DNA of 64,000 bases from Bacteriovoracaceae bacterium (GCA_965224385.1 CBDCYX010000012.1:246426-310425); one strand, 5' to 3'; shown: positions 26,935 through 38,295, counted from the first letter of the stretch. Notes: generated by a model from the sequence alone, not told the origin. Translations and numbers: made by a program.

Positions 26935-27757
26935 GAATATCTTGAGGGCCTATGCTGTGAAATTCTTTTGAAATGATAAAGACTCCTTTTCCTAGAAGAG
27001 ATATTCTATCGGAACTCTTATCCCCAATGAGGGCCGATCGACCGAGATCAATAGGGAAGTGGCGAAAATTTTTTAACACCATCCCGGGGTTTGGCTTTCT
27101 TGTAGGAGAATCTCTCCTATAAAACTCGCTGTCGGCCTCTTTGTGAAAAGGACAAAAATGCCAGTAATCAATGTGGCACTCTCTTTTATTTAATATTTTT
27201 TCTATCCAATCTTTACATGCATAAAAGGATTTCTCCGAAAAAAATCCTCTTCCGATACCGCTTTGATTGGTAATCACAATGACGGGAGCACCTCTTGAGT
27301 TGGCATATCTGATAACGGGTACAATAGAATCAATAAAAATAAGTTTGTCGGGGTTGTGGGGATGGCCCGTATCTTCAATAATGACACCGTCACGGTCAAG
27401 AAAAAGGCATTTTTTTGGAAGGCCTTCATGAATGATATCACAGGATAGGGAACACAAGAGAGAGCGTAAGGAAAATTTATCCGGAGTTGAAAAAAAAATA
27501 TCCTCATCACGGATACTATCGTCCGCCTCCCTGTAGGAGGAGATTTTCGTATTTTGATTCTCTCTCATAAGAGAAAGAGGATCAAAGAGAATTTTTGCAT
27601 TGGATTCAATGAGGAATCCTCTAGATGAAGGAGGTGTATCGGAAACGACAACCTCTCCGTAACAGGAAAGATTTTTTTTGTAAAAGTCTTTTGTCGTCTC
27701 TTTAAGGCCCCCGGAAAAATACAGGGAGATTTTTTGCATTGTGATTAAGAACCACAC
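26906..27757 (-). CDS. HAD-IIIA phosphatase domain protein (GmhB/histidinol-phosphatase-like) with an unknown N-terminal extension
   Basis: FLDRDGVII (DxDxV), ..[11 protein letters not shown].. and ..RKPNPGM..IGDK.SD.. motifs in the C-terminal ~170 aa. Confidence 0.7.
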   Translation of the reverse strand: MWFLITMQKISLYFSGGLKETTKDFYKKNLSCYGEVVVSDTPPSSRGFLIESNAKILFDPLSLMRENQNTKISSYREADDSIRDEDIFFSTPDKFSLRSLLCSLSCDIIHEGLPKKCLFLDRDGVIIEDTGHPHNPDKLIFIDSIVPVIRYANSRGAPVIVITNQSGIGRGFFSEKSFYACKDWIEKILNKRECHIDYWHFCPFHKEADSEFYRRDSPTRKPNPGMVLKNFRHFPIDLGRSALIGDKSSDRISLLGKGVFIISKEFHSIGPQDILKHLKLLRV

Positions 27758-30111
27758 ATAAAGCAGTCATCGGGATTCTCCAGAGAGCAGGACACACTCT
27801 CATCAACGTATTCTCTCGTTTGTTTTTTTTGAACTATGCTCTTTTTACTTTTCACCGTAAATTGAACGGCATTAACGGGTGCTCGGGTTCTCAAATAGTA
27901 CATTCCCGTCTTAAGTCCGGCCTTCCAAGCGTAAAAGTGCATGGAGGAAAGCTTACCAAAATTTGGTTCTTGAAGATGAATATTGAGAGATTGCCCTTGA
28001 CAAATATAAGGGGCCCTTGCGAGGGCATGATCGATAACGGACTTTTGTTTTATCTCCCAAACGGTTTTATACAATTCTTTTAGAAACGCCGGAATACAAT
28101 CAATGGATTGAATAGAACCGTTGTGGGCCATAATTTCGTTCCTAAGATTCTCATTCCAAAGATCAAATTTTATAAGGTCTTTTACAAGATATTTATTGAC
28201 AACGGTAAATTCTCCGGACAGGACGCGGCGAACATAGATATTTGATGTAATCGGTTCAAAACATTCGTTATTTCCCAAAATTTGAGATGTGGATGCCGTG
28301 GGCATCGGGGCAATAAGAAGCGAGTTTCTTACACCGTATTTTTTTACTTCTTCTTTTAATTTTCCCCAATTCCACCTTTCATTTTTGGGAACCCTCCCCC
28401 AAAGATCAAATTGAAACAACCCTTGGGAAACAGGAGAGCCTTTATAGGTTTCATAAGGGCCTTGTTCTTTGGCCAAATCTTTTGAGGCCGTCATGGCGGC
28501 AAAATACATTGTTTCAAAAATGTCTTCATCAAGTTTCAAAGCATCTTCCGATTCAAAAGGAAACTTCATAAGAAAAAACGTATCGGCCAACCCCTGAACT
28601 CCTAATCCTATAGGACGATGGCGCAGATTTGATCTTTCGGCCTCAGGAATAGGGTAGTAGCTAATATCAATGATGCGATTGAGATTTAATGCGGCCCTGT
28701 AGACAACTTTATAAAGAGACTTGTGGTTGTACTGCCCGTTCTTTGTGTCTACAAATTTGTTCAAGGCCACACTTGCAAGATTGCAAACGGCAACCTCATC
28801 TGCAGAGGTGTATTCCATAATCTCCGTGCAAAGATTTGAAGATTTTATCGTTCCTAAATTTTTCTGGTTGGATTTTTCGTTGATAGAATCCTTATAGAGC
28901 ATATAAGGAGAACCTGATTCTATTTGGGCCTCAAGAATAGCAAACCAAAGGTCTTGGGCCTTGATAATTTTTCTGGCCCTCTCTTCTTTTTCATAATGAA
29001 GGTAGAGTTTTTCAAATTCAACACCGTAAACTTCCGATAACCCGGGGCATTCATGGGGACAAAAAAGAGACCATGTAGCGTTATTTTCAACGCGTTTCAT
29101 AAAGAGATCAGGTGTCCATAAAGCATAAAAAAGGTCTCGCGCTCTCTGCTCCTCTTTACCCGTATTTTTTTTCATTTCGAGAAAGTCAAAAATATCGGCA
29201 TGCCAAGGTTCCAAATAAACGGCAAAGGCCCCTTTTCTTTTTCCTCCACCTTGATCCACATAGCGGGCCGTATCGTTAAAGACTTTGAGCATGGGAATAA
29301 TGCCGTTAGACGTCCCGTTGGTTCCTCTGATAAAGGATCCCTTGGCCCTTACATTGTGAATAGAAAGTCCGACACCTCCTGCGCTCTGAGAGATAAGTGC
29401 CGTTTGTTTAAGCGTATTGTAAATGCCCTCAATGCTATCGCTTTGCATTGTGAGAAGAAAACAACTGGAAAGCTGAGGTTTGTTTGTTCCGGCATTAAAA
29501 AGCGTCGGTGAAGCGTGTGTAAAGAATTTTTTACTCATAAGATAATAAGTTTCAATGGCCGCATCAATGTCATGTAAATAAATGCCCAGGGAAACTCTGA
29601 GAAGCATTTGCCCAGGCCTTTCTACAATTTTCCCATCTAGTTTTAAAAGATAGGACCTCTCTAAAGTTTTAAAACCAAAAAAATCATAGTCAAAATCTCT
29701 TTTGTCCACAATGGACTTATCAAGTTTTTCAGCGTGTCTCATCACCGTCTCGTAGAGTTCTTTAGATACGAGAGGAGAATGCTCTTGAGTTTTTAGGTTC
29801 ACATAATTGTACATCATTTTGATGTTTTCGGAAAAACACCCTTTGGTTTCCTTGTGAAGATTGGAAACGGCAATCCTTCCGGCCAAAATACTGTAGTCGG
29901 GGTGTTTTGTCGATAGATAGGCCGCTGTTTCGGCCGTAAGTTGATCGAGTTCACGGGTGGAAATACCGTCGTAAACTCCCTCTATGGCCTTTTTTGTTAT
30001 TATACTGGGATCAACCCCTTTAGATAGAGTGCCCGCAAGAAGCTGAATTCTGTTGGTGATTTTATCGAATTTAACCGGTTCTCTTTCGCCGCTTCTGGTG
30101 ATGACGTACAT
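27745..30111 (-). CDS. nrdA: Ribonucleotide reductase large subunit (class I)
   Basis: 788 aa with an N-terminal ATP-cone ([20 protein letters not shown]), active-site SNLCTEI and a C-terminal CxxC (CFMCGS). Confidence 0.95.
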   Translation of the reverse strand: MYVITRSGEREPVKFDKITNRIQLLAGTLSKGVDPSIITKKAIEGVYDGISTRELDQLTAETAAYLSTKHPDYSILAGRIAVSNLHKETKGCFSENIKMMYNYVNLKTQEHSPLVSKELYETVMRHAEKLDKSIVDKRDFDYDFFGFKTLERSYLLKLDGKIVERPGQMLLRVSLGIYLHDIDAAIETYYLMSKKFFTHASPTLFNAGTNKPQLSSCFLLTMQSDSIEGIYNTLKQTALISQSAGGVGLSIHNVRAKGSFIRGTNGTSNGIIPMLKVFNDTARYVDQGGGKRKGAFAVYLEPWHADIFDFLEMKKNTGKEEQRARDLFYALWTPDLFMKRVENNATWSLFCPHECPGLSEVYGVEFEKLYLHYEKEERARKIIKAQDLWFAILEAQIESGSPYMLYKDSINEKSNQKNLGTIKSSNLCTEIMEYTSADEVAVCNLASVALNKFVDTKNGQYNHKSLYKVVYRAALNLNRIIDISYYPIPEAERSNLRHRPIGLGVQGLADTFFLMKFPFESEDALKLDEDIFETMYFAAMTASKDLAKEQGPYETYKGSPVSQGLFQFDLWGRVPKNERWNWGKLKEEVKKYGVRNSLLIAPMPTASTSQILGNNECFEPITSNIYVRRVLSGEFTVVNKYLVKDLIKFDLWNENLRNEIMAHNGSIQSIDCIPAFLKELYKTVWEIKQKSVIDHALARAPYICQGQSLNIHLQEPNFGKLSSMHFYAWKAGLKTGMYYLRTRAPVNAVQFTVKSKKSIVQKKQTREYVDESVSCSLENPDDCFMCGS

Positions 30112-30237
30112 CTAAATCGATCCTACAAGGTTTTCTTTATTAACCATTAACTACAATGACTTCTATTGTTTTAAAAACGGATGATCTTGTCAAGGCCAAT
30201 CGGCAAATAGAATCTTTCTTGTCGACTAATTGTTCCA

Positions 30238-31218
30238 CTAAAAATCTGCATCAAGGGTAAAACTTTGTCTTTTAGGGCCTTTGTCTATAATGCCCGGTCT
30301 TTGATACTCGGAAACACGTTTTTCAAAAAAGTTTGTCTTGCCCTCTAGGGAGATAAGCTCCATCCAGTCAAAAGGATTTTCAGTGCCGTAATGCTTGGGA
30401 CACCCGAGTTGTTCCAGCCAGTGATCGGCCACAAATTCAATATATTGACTCATAAGCTTAGCATTCATTCCAATAAGAGAGATGGGCAAAGCGTTAATAA
30501 TAAATTCTTTTTCGATCTCCACGGCCTCAGTAATAATCGCCGTAATATCGCTTTTTGGGGCCTGATTTTCTTGTTGAAGTAAAGAGTGAATAAGACAAGC
30601 AAATTCACAGTGGAGTCCCTCATCGCGACTAATAAATTCATTTGACGTGCAAAGACCGGGCATCAATCCTCTCTTTTTAAGCCAAAAAATTGCACAAAAA
30701 GAACCGGAAAAAAAGATACCTTCCACTGCAGTAAAAGCAATAAGACGTTGGGCAAAATTCGCTTGTGACCCAATCCATTTTACGGCCCAATTTGCTTTCC
30801 TTCTTACCGGAGGTAGGAGTTGTGCGGCCTTAAAAAGTCGATCTTTTTCTTTCTTATCTCTAATATAGGTATCTATAAGAAGGCCGTAAGTTTCATTGTG
30901 GATATTTTCCATAGCAATCTGAAATCCGTAGAAACATCTTGCCTCGGGAATTTGCACATCGTTATAGAAGCGAAGAACCAAATTTTCATTGACGATTCCA
31001 TCACTTGCAGCAAAGAATGCGAGGACGTGAGAGATAAAATGTTTCTCTTGAGGAGTTAAGGTTTCCCAATCCACAAGATCGGGAGTTAAATCAATTTCTT
31101 CTGCCGTCCAAAAAACGGCCACATGCTTTTTATACATTTCCCAAACAGAGTGATACTTTAGCGGAAAGAGAACAAATCTATCTTCGTTAGGAGAGATAAT
31201 AGGATCCAATGTCAGCAT
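30238..31218 (-). CDS. nrdB: Ribonucleotide reductase small subunit (class I)
   Basis: Di-iron ligand contexts ..[10 protein letters not shown].., ..[11 protein letters not shown].. and ..RDEGLH... Confidence 0.95.
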   Translation of the reverse strand: MLTLDPIISPNEDRFVLFPLKYHSVWEMYKKHVAVFWTAEEIDLTPDLVDWETLTPQEKHFISHVLAFFAASDGIVNENLVLRFYNDVQIPEARCFYGFQIAMENIHNETYGLLIDTYIRDKKEKDRLFKAAQLLPPVRRKANWAVKWIGSQANFAQRLIAFTAVEGIFFSGSFCAIFWLKKRGLMPGLCTSNEFISRDEGLHCEFACLIHSLLQQENQAPKSDITAIITEAVEIEKEFIINALPISLIGMNAKLMSQYIEFVADHWLEQLGCPKHYGTENPFDWMELISLEGKTNFFEKRVSEYQRPGIIDKGPKRQSFTLDADF

Positions 31219-31429
31219 TCCTCAACTTTAATTACCCTAGCAAAAGGATATCGAATTTCAATAAACATTTGGGTAAGGAAATCTATTCTATAGAAAAAGG
31301 AATAAGAAATGAAGATTTTTTTTACGACTGTGTACGGCAATTTGTGTTACCTGAGAATTTGCCTCAACTGTTTTCCTAAATTCTAGAATTCTTGACAATC
31401 TGAAGTAAATATATTTACAGTTCTCCTCA

Positions 31430-32173
31430 ATGATCAGGTTAGAACATGTCTCTTTGTCCTTTAACGAACACAAGATTCTTCGAGACATTTCCCTCAATCT
31501 TGAGGCCGAAAAAACCCATGTTCTCCTAGGGCCGAGTGGACACGGCAAATCAACTCTTCTCAAAGTTATGCTGGGAATCCACATTCCGACAAAGGGCCGA
31601 GTATTTCTAAATAATGAGCATCTCCACAAGAAAAATCAACGACAAATGGCAAAAAAAATCGGCCATAGTATTCAAGACGGAGGACTTTTTCCCCATCTTA
31701 CGGCCAGAGAAAATATCCTGCTTGCCTCCAAACTAAGGAAAATAGATTCAGGGAAATCTCAGGAGAGATTAAATCAACTTAGAGAACTTGTTCACGTCGA
31801 AGATGCAACTCTTGATCTTTACCCTGTCGATCTTAGCGGCGGAGAAAAACAGCGGGTCGCCCTAATGCGAGCATTGCATTGTAATCCCGATATTCTCCTT
31901 ATGGATGAACCTCTAACATCACTAGACCCCATTAGAAGAAACACTCTTAAGGAGGAACTCCATAACATTTTTTCGGCCCTAAAAAAGACGGTTGTTTTTG
32001 TTACACACGATATTTTTGAAGCATCTTATCTTAGTGACAATGTCATTCTTATTTTTAAAGGTAAAATCATTCAAACAGGTTCATTTAAAAAACTTATTGA
32101 TAAACCTGCCAATAAATTTGTCGTAGACTTCATTCAAGCACAACAGAAGGCCACACAAACACAAGATTTTTAA
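31430..32173 (+). CDS. ABC transporter ATP-binding protein (osmoprotectant/quaternary-amine type)
   Basis: Walker A GPSGHGKST, signature LSGGEKQRV, Walker B LLMDEP. Confidence 0.85.
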   Translation: MIRLEHVSLSFNEHKILRDISLNLEAEKTHVLLGPSGHGKSTLLKVMLGIHIPTKGRVFLNNEHLHKKNQRQMAKKIGHSIQDGGLFPHLTARENILLASKLRKIDSGKSQERLNQLRELVHVEDATLDLYPVDLSGGEKQRVALMRALHCNPDILLMDEPLTSLDPIRRNTLKEELHNIFSALKKTVVFVTHDIFEASYLSDNVILIFKGKIIQTGSFKKLIDKPANKFVVDFIQAQQKATQTQDF

Positions 32174-32191
32174 GCTAAAAAAGGTGAAACA

Positions 32192-33688
32192 ATGCCATCT
32201 AAAAAGAATTTAATATACATAATACTTTCTTTTTTTGCTTTTTCTGTCTTTTCTTCTCAATCAAAAAGAAAAATTGTTATCGGCTCTAAGGCCTTTACGG
32301 AAAGTTACATTTTGGCCGAACTTATTGCTCAAAAACTAGAACATAAAGGGATTTCCGTAGAAAGACGTTTTGGTATGGGAGGCACAGGAATTCTCTTCCA
32401 GGCCCTTATGTCCGAAATGATCGATGTCTATCCCGAATATACGGGAACTATTGCAAGATCACTTTTGAAGATACCGTACACGGGAAACGATCATGATACT
32501 CTTTACAAAGGACTCTCTAAAATAGGCCTTGATATGACAAAGAGTATTGGGCCGAATAATACCTACGCATTAGGCATGGCCCAAGAACAAGCAAAAGAGC
32601 TAAAGATTTCTACTATATCTGATTTAAAAAACTATCCCAATCTCAATGTGGCCTTTAGTCATGAATTTTATAATAGGTCCGATGGATATAAAGGTCTTCA
32701 GCGTTTCTATGGACTAGCGTTTGAAAACATAAAAAGTATTGAGCATGCCTTGGCCTATGAGGCCTTAGAGTCCAAGCAAATTGATCTTACGGACATCTAT
32801 TCTACAGATGCAAAAATTCAGTCTTTGGGACTAAGGGTTCTTGAAGATGACCGCCGTTTTTTTCCCGAGTATCTTCCTGTGGCCCTCGTAAGGAAAGGGT
32901 TTCAAAAAGATTTCCCCAAAGCATGGACTTACATCAAAGAGCTTGAAGGTACAATCTCAACATCTAAAATGATAGAACTTAACTCTAAAGTCGATATAGA
33001 AAAGGTTTCCTACGAGACCACTGTCTTTGAGTTTTTTCAATCTTCTTCAGATATCTTTCAAGAAAGTTCTCTATCTTCAAGAGTATCTCAAAGGCTTAAG
33101 GAACACATTCTTCTCGTCTTAATGGCGTTTCTTATTTCTTTCGGGCTTGGTTTTCCCTTAGGGATTTTGGCCTCGGAGAATCAATTTCTCGGCCGTGTTA
33201 TCCTCAACCTTACAGGTGTTGTCCAAGCGATTCCCTCTTTGGCCCTTTTGTGTTTTTTAATTCCTTTTTTCGGCATAGGAGAAATGTCCGCCTTAGTGGC
33301 CTTAAGTCTTTATGGATTATTACCTATTGTCATCAACACGTTTACCGGACTTACGTCTATTGATAAAAAATACCATGAAATTTCTCTTGCGTTAGGTCTT
33401 TCGAAATGGGAATCTCTTTTATACACGAGAATTCCCATGGCCTCACGAAGCATCTTTGCAGGTATAAAAACTTCAATAATTATTGGCATTGGAACGGCAA
33501 CCTTGTCGGCCCTTATCGGTGCCGGAGGCCATGGAGTACCTATCATGAGAGGATTGGCCTTAAATGACACAGCAACTATTCTTGAAGGGGCCATCCCTGC
33601 GGCCCTACTATCCCTTTTGGCAACCGTGGCCCTCGATAGAATTGGTCAAACATTTGCTTCATTTGAAACTCGAAAAATATCAATGTAA
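32192..33688 (+). CDS. Fused substrate-binding domain + permease of the ABC transporter (glycine-betaine/choline type)
   Basis: Signal peptide, ~280-aa periplasmic-binding-like N-terminal half (IGSKAFTESYILAE..) and a C-terminal half with multiple TM helices. Confidence 0.75.
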   Translation: MPSKKNLIYIILSFFAFSVFSSQSKRKIVIGSKAFTESYILAELIAQKLEHKGISVERRFGMGGTGILFQALMSEMIDVYPEYTGTIARSLLKIPYTGNDHDTLYKGLSKIGLDMTKSIGPNNTYALGMAQEQAKELKISTISDLKNYPNLNVAFSHEFYNRSDGYKGLQRFYGLAFENIKSIEHALAYEALESKQIDLTDIYSTDAKIQSLGLRVLEDDRRFFPEYLPVALVRKGFQKDFPKAWTYIKELEGTISTSKMIELNSKVDIEKVSYETTVFEFFQSSSDIFQESSLSSRVSQRLKEHILLVLMAFLISFGLGFPLGILASENQFLGRVILNLTGVVQAIPSLALLCFLIPFFGIGEMSALVALSLYGLLPIVINTFTGLTSIDKKYHEISLALGLSKWESLLYTRIPMASRSIFAGIKTSIIIGIGTATLSALIGAGGHGVPIMRGLALNDTATILEGAIPAALLSLLATVALDRIGQTFASFETRKISM

Positions 33689-33800
33689 AAATTATAACTC
33701 CCTCACCTTAGCGGTCGTCTTAAAAGTCTCTGTTTTTTAGAAAACTGCTGATGGGCGATGATCTTGAAAATCACTTATTTGACAGAACAGGCAAGACACC

Positions 33801-34623
33801 ATGTTTTTCGTTTGTTATGACTATAGCATCTCCACAGTTATCCATCCTAAGCAATGGGAGGTTTCGTTTAGAGGGAGGAAGAAGTTTATCCTTGATTTGA
33901 GAGTTGACTTTAAGAGAAGTGATGCCAAAGCAAATGATAAATCTGAGGTCGCCCATGTTGAAATCCAGACTACGCCCGAAACTCATTTTGCCGATCGCCT
34001 TTTAGCATATTCAAGTAGACTTTATTCGGAACAGTTAAGATCGGGAGAAACTTATAAATTTCTGGCACCGGTTTACTCATTAGTCTTCATGACGGCAAAC
34101 CTGAAAGAATTTGAGTCCCTTGAAGATGAGTATTACCACGTTTGCAATATTAGGCGAACAACTAAACCTGATTTGATACTGACTCGGGGAATGTGTTTTG
34201 TGATTGTTGAACTGACTAAATTTAAGAGAAAAAAAGTTAAGGATGTACACGGGCAACGTGAGGCCTGGTCTTATCTCCTGAAAAATTCTGGCAAGATGGA
34301 TCGGGGTAGAATATAAAAAACTACAAGAGAAGGGAGAAGTTATGGCAGAGGCCGTAAAGCGTTTATGGGATATTTCACAAAATGAAGGATTAAGAGAATT
34401 GCTTAGAGTCCAAGAGCGAGAGAGAATGGATAGGGCCAGCAGAGAAGAGACGGTTCGCATGGAGGGGTTGGAGAAGGGACTGGAGAAAGGGCGAGAAGAA
34501 GGGGTGAAGGAAACGGCCTTGAAGATGCTCGCTAAAGGTCTTGATTTCAAAGATATTTGCGAGTTTACAGGTCTTTCAAAAAAAGAAATTGAAAATCTCA
34601 AAAATGCTTTTAAAAATTCTTAA
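33801..34623 (+). pseudogene. PD-(D/E)XK Rpn-like nuclease/putative transposase, N-terminally degraded and frameshifted
   Basis: ..KKFILDLRVDF..VAHVEIQTT.. core in ORF 33801..34316. The C-terminal ..ALKMLAKGLDFKDICEFTGLSKKEIENL.. tail is in a second ORF (34342..34623). Confidence 0.65.
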
Positions 34624-34632
34624 AAGGGGAAG

Positions 34633-37600
34633 TTATGGCAAGTGTGAGTAGTCGGAATCTCCAAAGGGAATACCGTAATTTCCTTCCGTCCCTTTGAACA
34701 CACGATCGAAAACAACACAAAAGGCGGAGTCGGGGCAGTCGTCATTAGGATCGGTTGAACCGTCGAGTTTTGTCGCCGTATAAGGTAAATCCACGTTCTG
34801 CTTACCCGCCCAACTTGCGTCGTCGTTAACTTTCGCTACGATCTTATCGGCAATCTCCTCTTTTGTAAGATTGGAATTTCCAAGGCCGGTGTGTACGCTA
34901 TCGAGGTTGACGGTTTTATCTCCGGTTCCCGTATAGTCCTCCGAGATAACCCATAGTCCTTCTGCTCCGGCAGCGCCGCTTCCTCCAGTGAGGGGGATAT
35001 TGATCTCTACGCGAGTTCTTGTGCAGTTTCCGCCGTCATCGTCGTGGTAGATAGTTAAATTCAATCCGTTAAAGACGGCGGAGTTAACGGTTGCCTCTAT
35101 TTTGTCATTGCCTTTTTTAGCTAACGTCACATTGGTTCCCGCCATGTTCACGGGGGAACCGATCTTTGCAATCAGACTATCTATAACATTGGTAATCATT
35201 GTGCTGCCTCCAGTATTGTACGTTAGCGGTGTCGAATACTCCTTAAGAATCCAAGAACCGCCAAGGGTTCGGCCGGTAAATGCTAGAGCACAAATCTTCC
35301 CGCCTGCATCTGCTTCCAGTGCCGTCGCCGTTGGTGTAGAAACTGCCGTAAGCGTTGCCGTTTCTCCCGTACTCGTTCCCGTTCCGTCGGAACCGCCTGT
35401 CATCGCAACTTCTCCTACGATCTTTCCATAAAAGCCGGTCTCGGCGGCATCAAAATTTTTTCCCCAACACTTAACGGAATTGCCCGATTCCATAATAGCG
35501 CAAGTGTGGTCGTAACTTGCCGCAATTTGAATAGCGGTTTGTCCAACCAAGGGGTCGCCCGCCGTGCCTCTTAAAACCCGATCGGGACCGGAAGTACCGC
35601 CTCCTATCTCACCGTTGTCATTAACCCCCCAACACTTGACGGTCTTATCGCTTAAGAGAACACAACCGTGCTGTGCCCCCAACGTAATCTTTGTGGCGGT
35701 TTTGCCCACGCCTAAGACGGGGAAGCCGAGGTATCCCCAGCACACAACGCTAGCATCGTTGAGGGTGGCGCAAGAACTTGTGCCACCAATTGCAATCTTG
35801 GTGGCGGTTTTGCCGCTACCTAAACTCGGAGTCCCACCGCCTGTTTGCCTGAGGTGATTATACCCCCAGCACTTAACGGAGTTATCCGTTGTTAAGATGG
35901 CACAGGTGTGGAACTCTCCTGCCGCTATATGACTAGCGGTTCCGCTGCCTAAGGGGCTGCCTGACGTACCGCTTTTTGTTTTGTTGGCACCGGCAGTTCC
36001 GCCTCCGCTCTGCCCCCTGTTATTGCGCCCCCAACACTTGACGGTATCGTCGTTTAAAATAGCACAGGTATGCTCTCTTCCTACCGCCACGGACTTGACC
36101 GTGTTAGGGTTGCCGTCTCCATCGTTTCCTACGGCGGTAACAGCTGTCGGGGTGCTTCTAGGGCTAGTATCGCCAACTCCCAGTTGTCTGTTGGAGTTTT
36201 GCCCCCAACACATTAAACGCCCGTGGTTTAAGTTTCCGTTTTTTAAAATAATGCATTGGTGGTTGCGCCCCGACACAAGAGCTTGGGACGTATGGCCCCC
36301 TAAATCCTCCTTGATATGACTTCTCCAAGGGAAGGCACTAACTTTCCCCCATGATTCCACCTCACCGTTATCAAAAAGGACGCGACTGGTGTCTTTTCCA
36401 AGGGCGAGCGTTTGGGGTCTCGCTTTATTGCACATTCTTCCCGATATTGTATAACCCGAGGCACAGGAAAAGGGGCAGGAATCGGCATCGGTGGCAGCTC
36501 CCGATACCCAAGCACCAAAGTTCGGAGTACCCGAAATGTCCGTGCAGGAGACCTCGGCACCCAATGAGTCCACGTAAGTTCCTTGTGTCGGATACTTACA
36601 CCCCCCGGCAGAAGTATCCTTCACATAACCGGCAGTACAGGAAAATGGGCAAGCGGTGTCCGTTGAGGCGGCACCCACTATCCAAGTAGCGACTGCCGTT
36701 CCTTCAGTCGTAATAGCAGTACAGGGGGACTCGGTATTTCCGGCGTTGACGTATTTTCCCTTCGTTGGATAGTTACACTCCCGAGCAGAGGAATCCTTCA
36801 CAAAACCTGCATTACAGGAAAAATCGCAACCGTCAGCAGAATCAACTGCTCCGGTATTTTGCAAAAAGACGTCAAACCCGCTTGCGGCACCTGTGGGGTT
36901 ATCGCAACTTTGCTCGTTTCCTGAACTATCCGCATACTTTCCCGTATCTGGGGTAGCGCACGTTCTACCCACCGTTTTTTTCACAAATCCGGCATTGCAG
37001 GAAAAACCGCAATCGGTAGCAGAATCAACCGCTCCCGTGTTTAGCAAAAAGGTGTTAAACCCACCCGTGGGGTTGTTGCAACTTTGCTCGTCGCCTGAAC
37101 TATCCGCATACTTCCCAAGACCGGGAATATTACACGCCCTACCGGTTTTCACGAAACCCGGACTACAGGAAAAGGGGCAAGCGTCTGCCGTTGCGGCGGC
37201 ACCCCGTATCCAAGTGGCGGTCGCCCCTCCTTGAAGCGTAGTAATAGGATTGCATGATACCTCGGTACCACTCGCATTGACATATGTTCCTTTTGAAGGA
37301 ACGTCACAAGTACTACTTGCCGTGTTTTTTAAATAACCGCCGTCGCAGGTGTAACAGCCGTCCGCAGAGGAAAGTTCCGTTGTTGTCGTAGCAGAAGAAT
37401 GGGGAGGAGTCGGACAAGCTGTCCGAGCTTTGTCGTTTGCAGGAGAATAGAACCCCGATGCGGTTTGTTGGCATTGGGCAGTGTCTACATCATTATCATA
37501 TCCTGCATCGCAAGTCTCCACGGTACAAGTCGTGCTAAAATCGTCTGTGTTTGTATCCCAGAGGTTGAGTCCCCCTCCGTTGGGGACGGGATTAACGGGA

Positions 37601-38295
37601 TTAACGGGACAAGAGCGGGACTTGTTACAGGAAAAAAGAGATTCGCTCTTTGTAAATCCACTGTTACAGGAAAACTCACACTTATCGTTACTTGCCACGG
37701 GAGCAGTGTTGTTTTCCCAGTGAGAAAACCCTCCCGACGGAGTCTCGCCGACATCATTGCAACTCTGTAGATTTCCTTGGGCGTCGTAGTACTTCCCCTT
37801 ACCGGGAAGCGTACATTTTTTGTTGCTTGTATTCTTTAAAGACCCCGCCTTACAGTTCCAGCAGTCGGTTTCCGATTTAGTCCCCGTGGCGGTGTTCCTA
37901 AGAGAATGAGGGGGAAACGTTGTCAGGCATTTTTTCCTAGTCTTGTCCTTTGCGAGAGAGTAGTACCCTGCCTGAGTTTTTCCACATTGTGCTGGATTTG
38001 CAACATTATCATATCCCGCATTACAAGAGACGACTTTGCATGTTGTGCTATATTTTTTGGTTTTGGTATTCCAAGGAAGTTCTCCCTTCCCGTTGGGAAT
38101 AGGAGTCGTACACACTTTAGCAGCTTTAGCTTTTTTACTCGAAGAGGTCGAATCGCCGCCACCACCACTGCTCCCACCACAGCCCGACAGTAAGAGAAGA
38201 GAGAGAAACGTGTGATAAAGGCAGAGCTTCATGTGACCGATCCAAATAGTCGGGAAGGGGTGGGGTAGCATGAGAATATTTTTAAAAGGTTTCAT
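34633..38295 (-). CDS. Large surface lipoprotein: Cys-rich ~50-aa repeats + 7 RCC1-like blades + conserved C-terminal module (family member P1)
   Basis: AAGGAG 6 nt upstream of the ATG at 38295. Lipobox LLLSGC. Repeats of type C.F.C..G..K....C..P..G.Y. Seven (C/S)WG motifs. C-terminus ..DDCPDSAFCVVFDRVFKGTEGNYGIPFGDSDYSHLP. The alternative start at 38232 is also possible. Confidence 0.85.
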   Translation of the reverse strand: MKPFKNILMLPHPFPTIWIGHMKLCLYHTFLSLLLLSGCGGSSGGGGDSTSSSKKAKAAKVCTTPIPNGKGELPWNTKTKKYSTTCKVVSCNAGYDNVANPAQCGKTQAGYYSLAKDKTRKKCLTTFPPHSLRNTATGTKSETDCWNCKAGSLKNTSNKKCTLPGKGKYYDAQGNLQSCNDVGETPSGGFSHWENNTAPVASNDKCEFSCNSGFTKSESLFSCNKSRSCPVNPVNPVPNGGGLNLWDTNTDDFSTTCTVETCDAGYDNDVDTAQCQQTASGFYSPANDKARTACPTPPHSSATTTTELSSADGCYTCDGGYLKNTASSTCDVPSKGTYVNASGTEVSCNPITTLQGGATATWIRGAAATADACPFSCSPGFVKTGRACNIPGLGKYADSSGDEQSCNNPTGGFNTFLLNTGAVDSATDCGFSCNAGFVKKTVGRTCATPDTGKYADSSGNEQSCDNPTGAASGFDVFLQNTGAVDSADGCDFSCNAGFVKDSSARECNYPTKGKYVNAGNTESPCTAITTEGTAVATWIVGAASTDTACPFSCTAGYVKDTSAGGCKYPTQGTYVDSLGAEVSCTDISGTPNFGAWVSGAATDADSCPFSCASGYTISGRMCNKARPQTLALGKDTSRVLFDNGEVESWGKVSAFPWRSHIKEDLGGHTSQALVSGRNHQCIILKNGNLNHGRLMCWGQNSNRQLGVGDTSPRSTPTAVTAVGNDGDGNPNTVKSVAVGREHTCAILNDDTVKCWGRNNRGQSGGGTAGANKTKSGTSGSPLGSGTASHIAAGEFHTCAILTTDNSVKCWGYNHLRQTGGGTPSLGSGKTATKIAIGGTSSCATLNDASVVCWGYLGFPVLGVGKTATKITLGAQHGCVLLSDKTVKCWGVNDNGEIGGGTSGPDRVLRGTAGDPLVGQTAIQIAASYDHTCAIMESGNSVKCWGKNFDAAETGFYGKIVGEVAMTGGSDGTGTSTGETATLTAVSTPTATALEADAGGKICALAFTGRTLGGSWILKEYSTPLTYNTGGSTMITNVIDSLIAKIGSPVNMAGTNVTLAKKGNDKIEATVNSAVFNGLNLTIYHDDDGGNCTRTRVEINIPLTGGSGAAGAEGLWVISEDYTGTGDKTVNLDSVHTGLGNSNLTKEEIADKIVAKVNDDASWAGKQNVDLPYTATKLDGSTDPNDDCPDSAFCVVFDRVFKGTEGNYGIPFGDSDYSHLP

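Noticed and set aside
35102-37770. Many 60-140-aa ORFs antisense or out of frame within the lipoprotein genes (also throughout 39216-51464 and 55097-58249).
   Set aside because: These are typical by-products of long G+C-richer, repeat-rich coding sequence. Each is fully embedded in a much longer ORF with clear domain structure.
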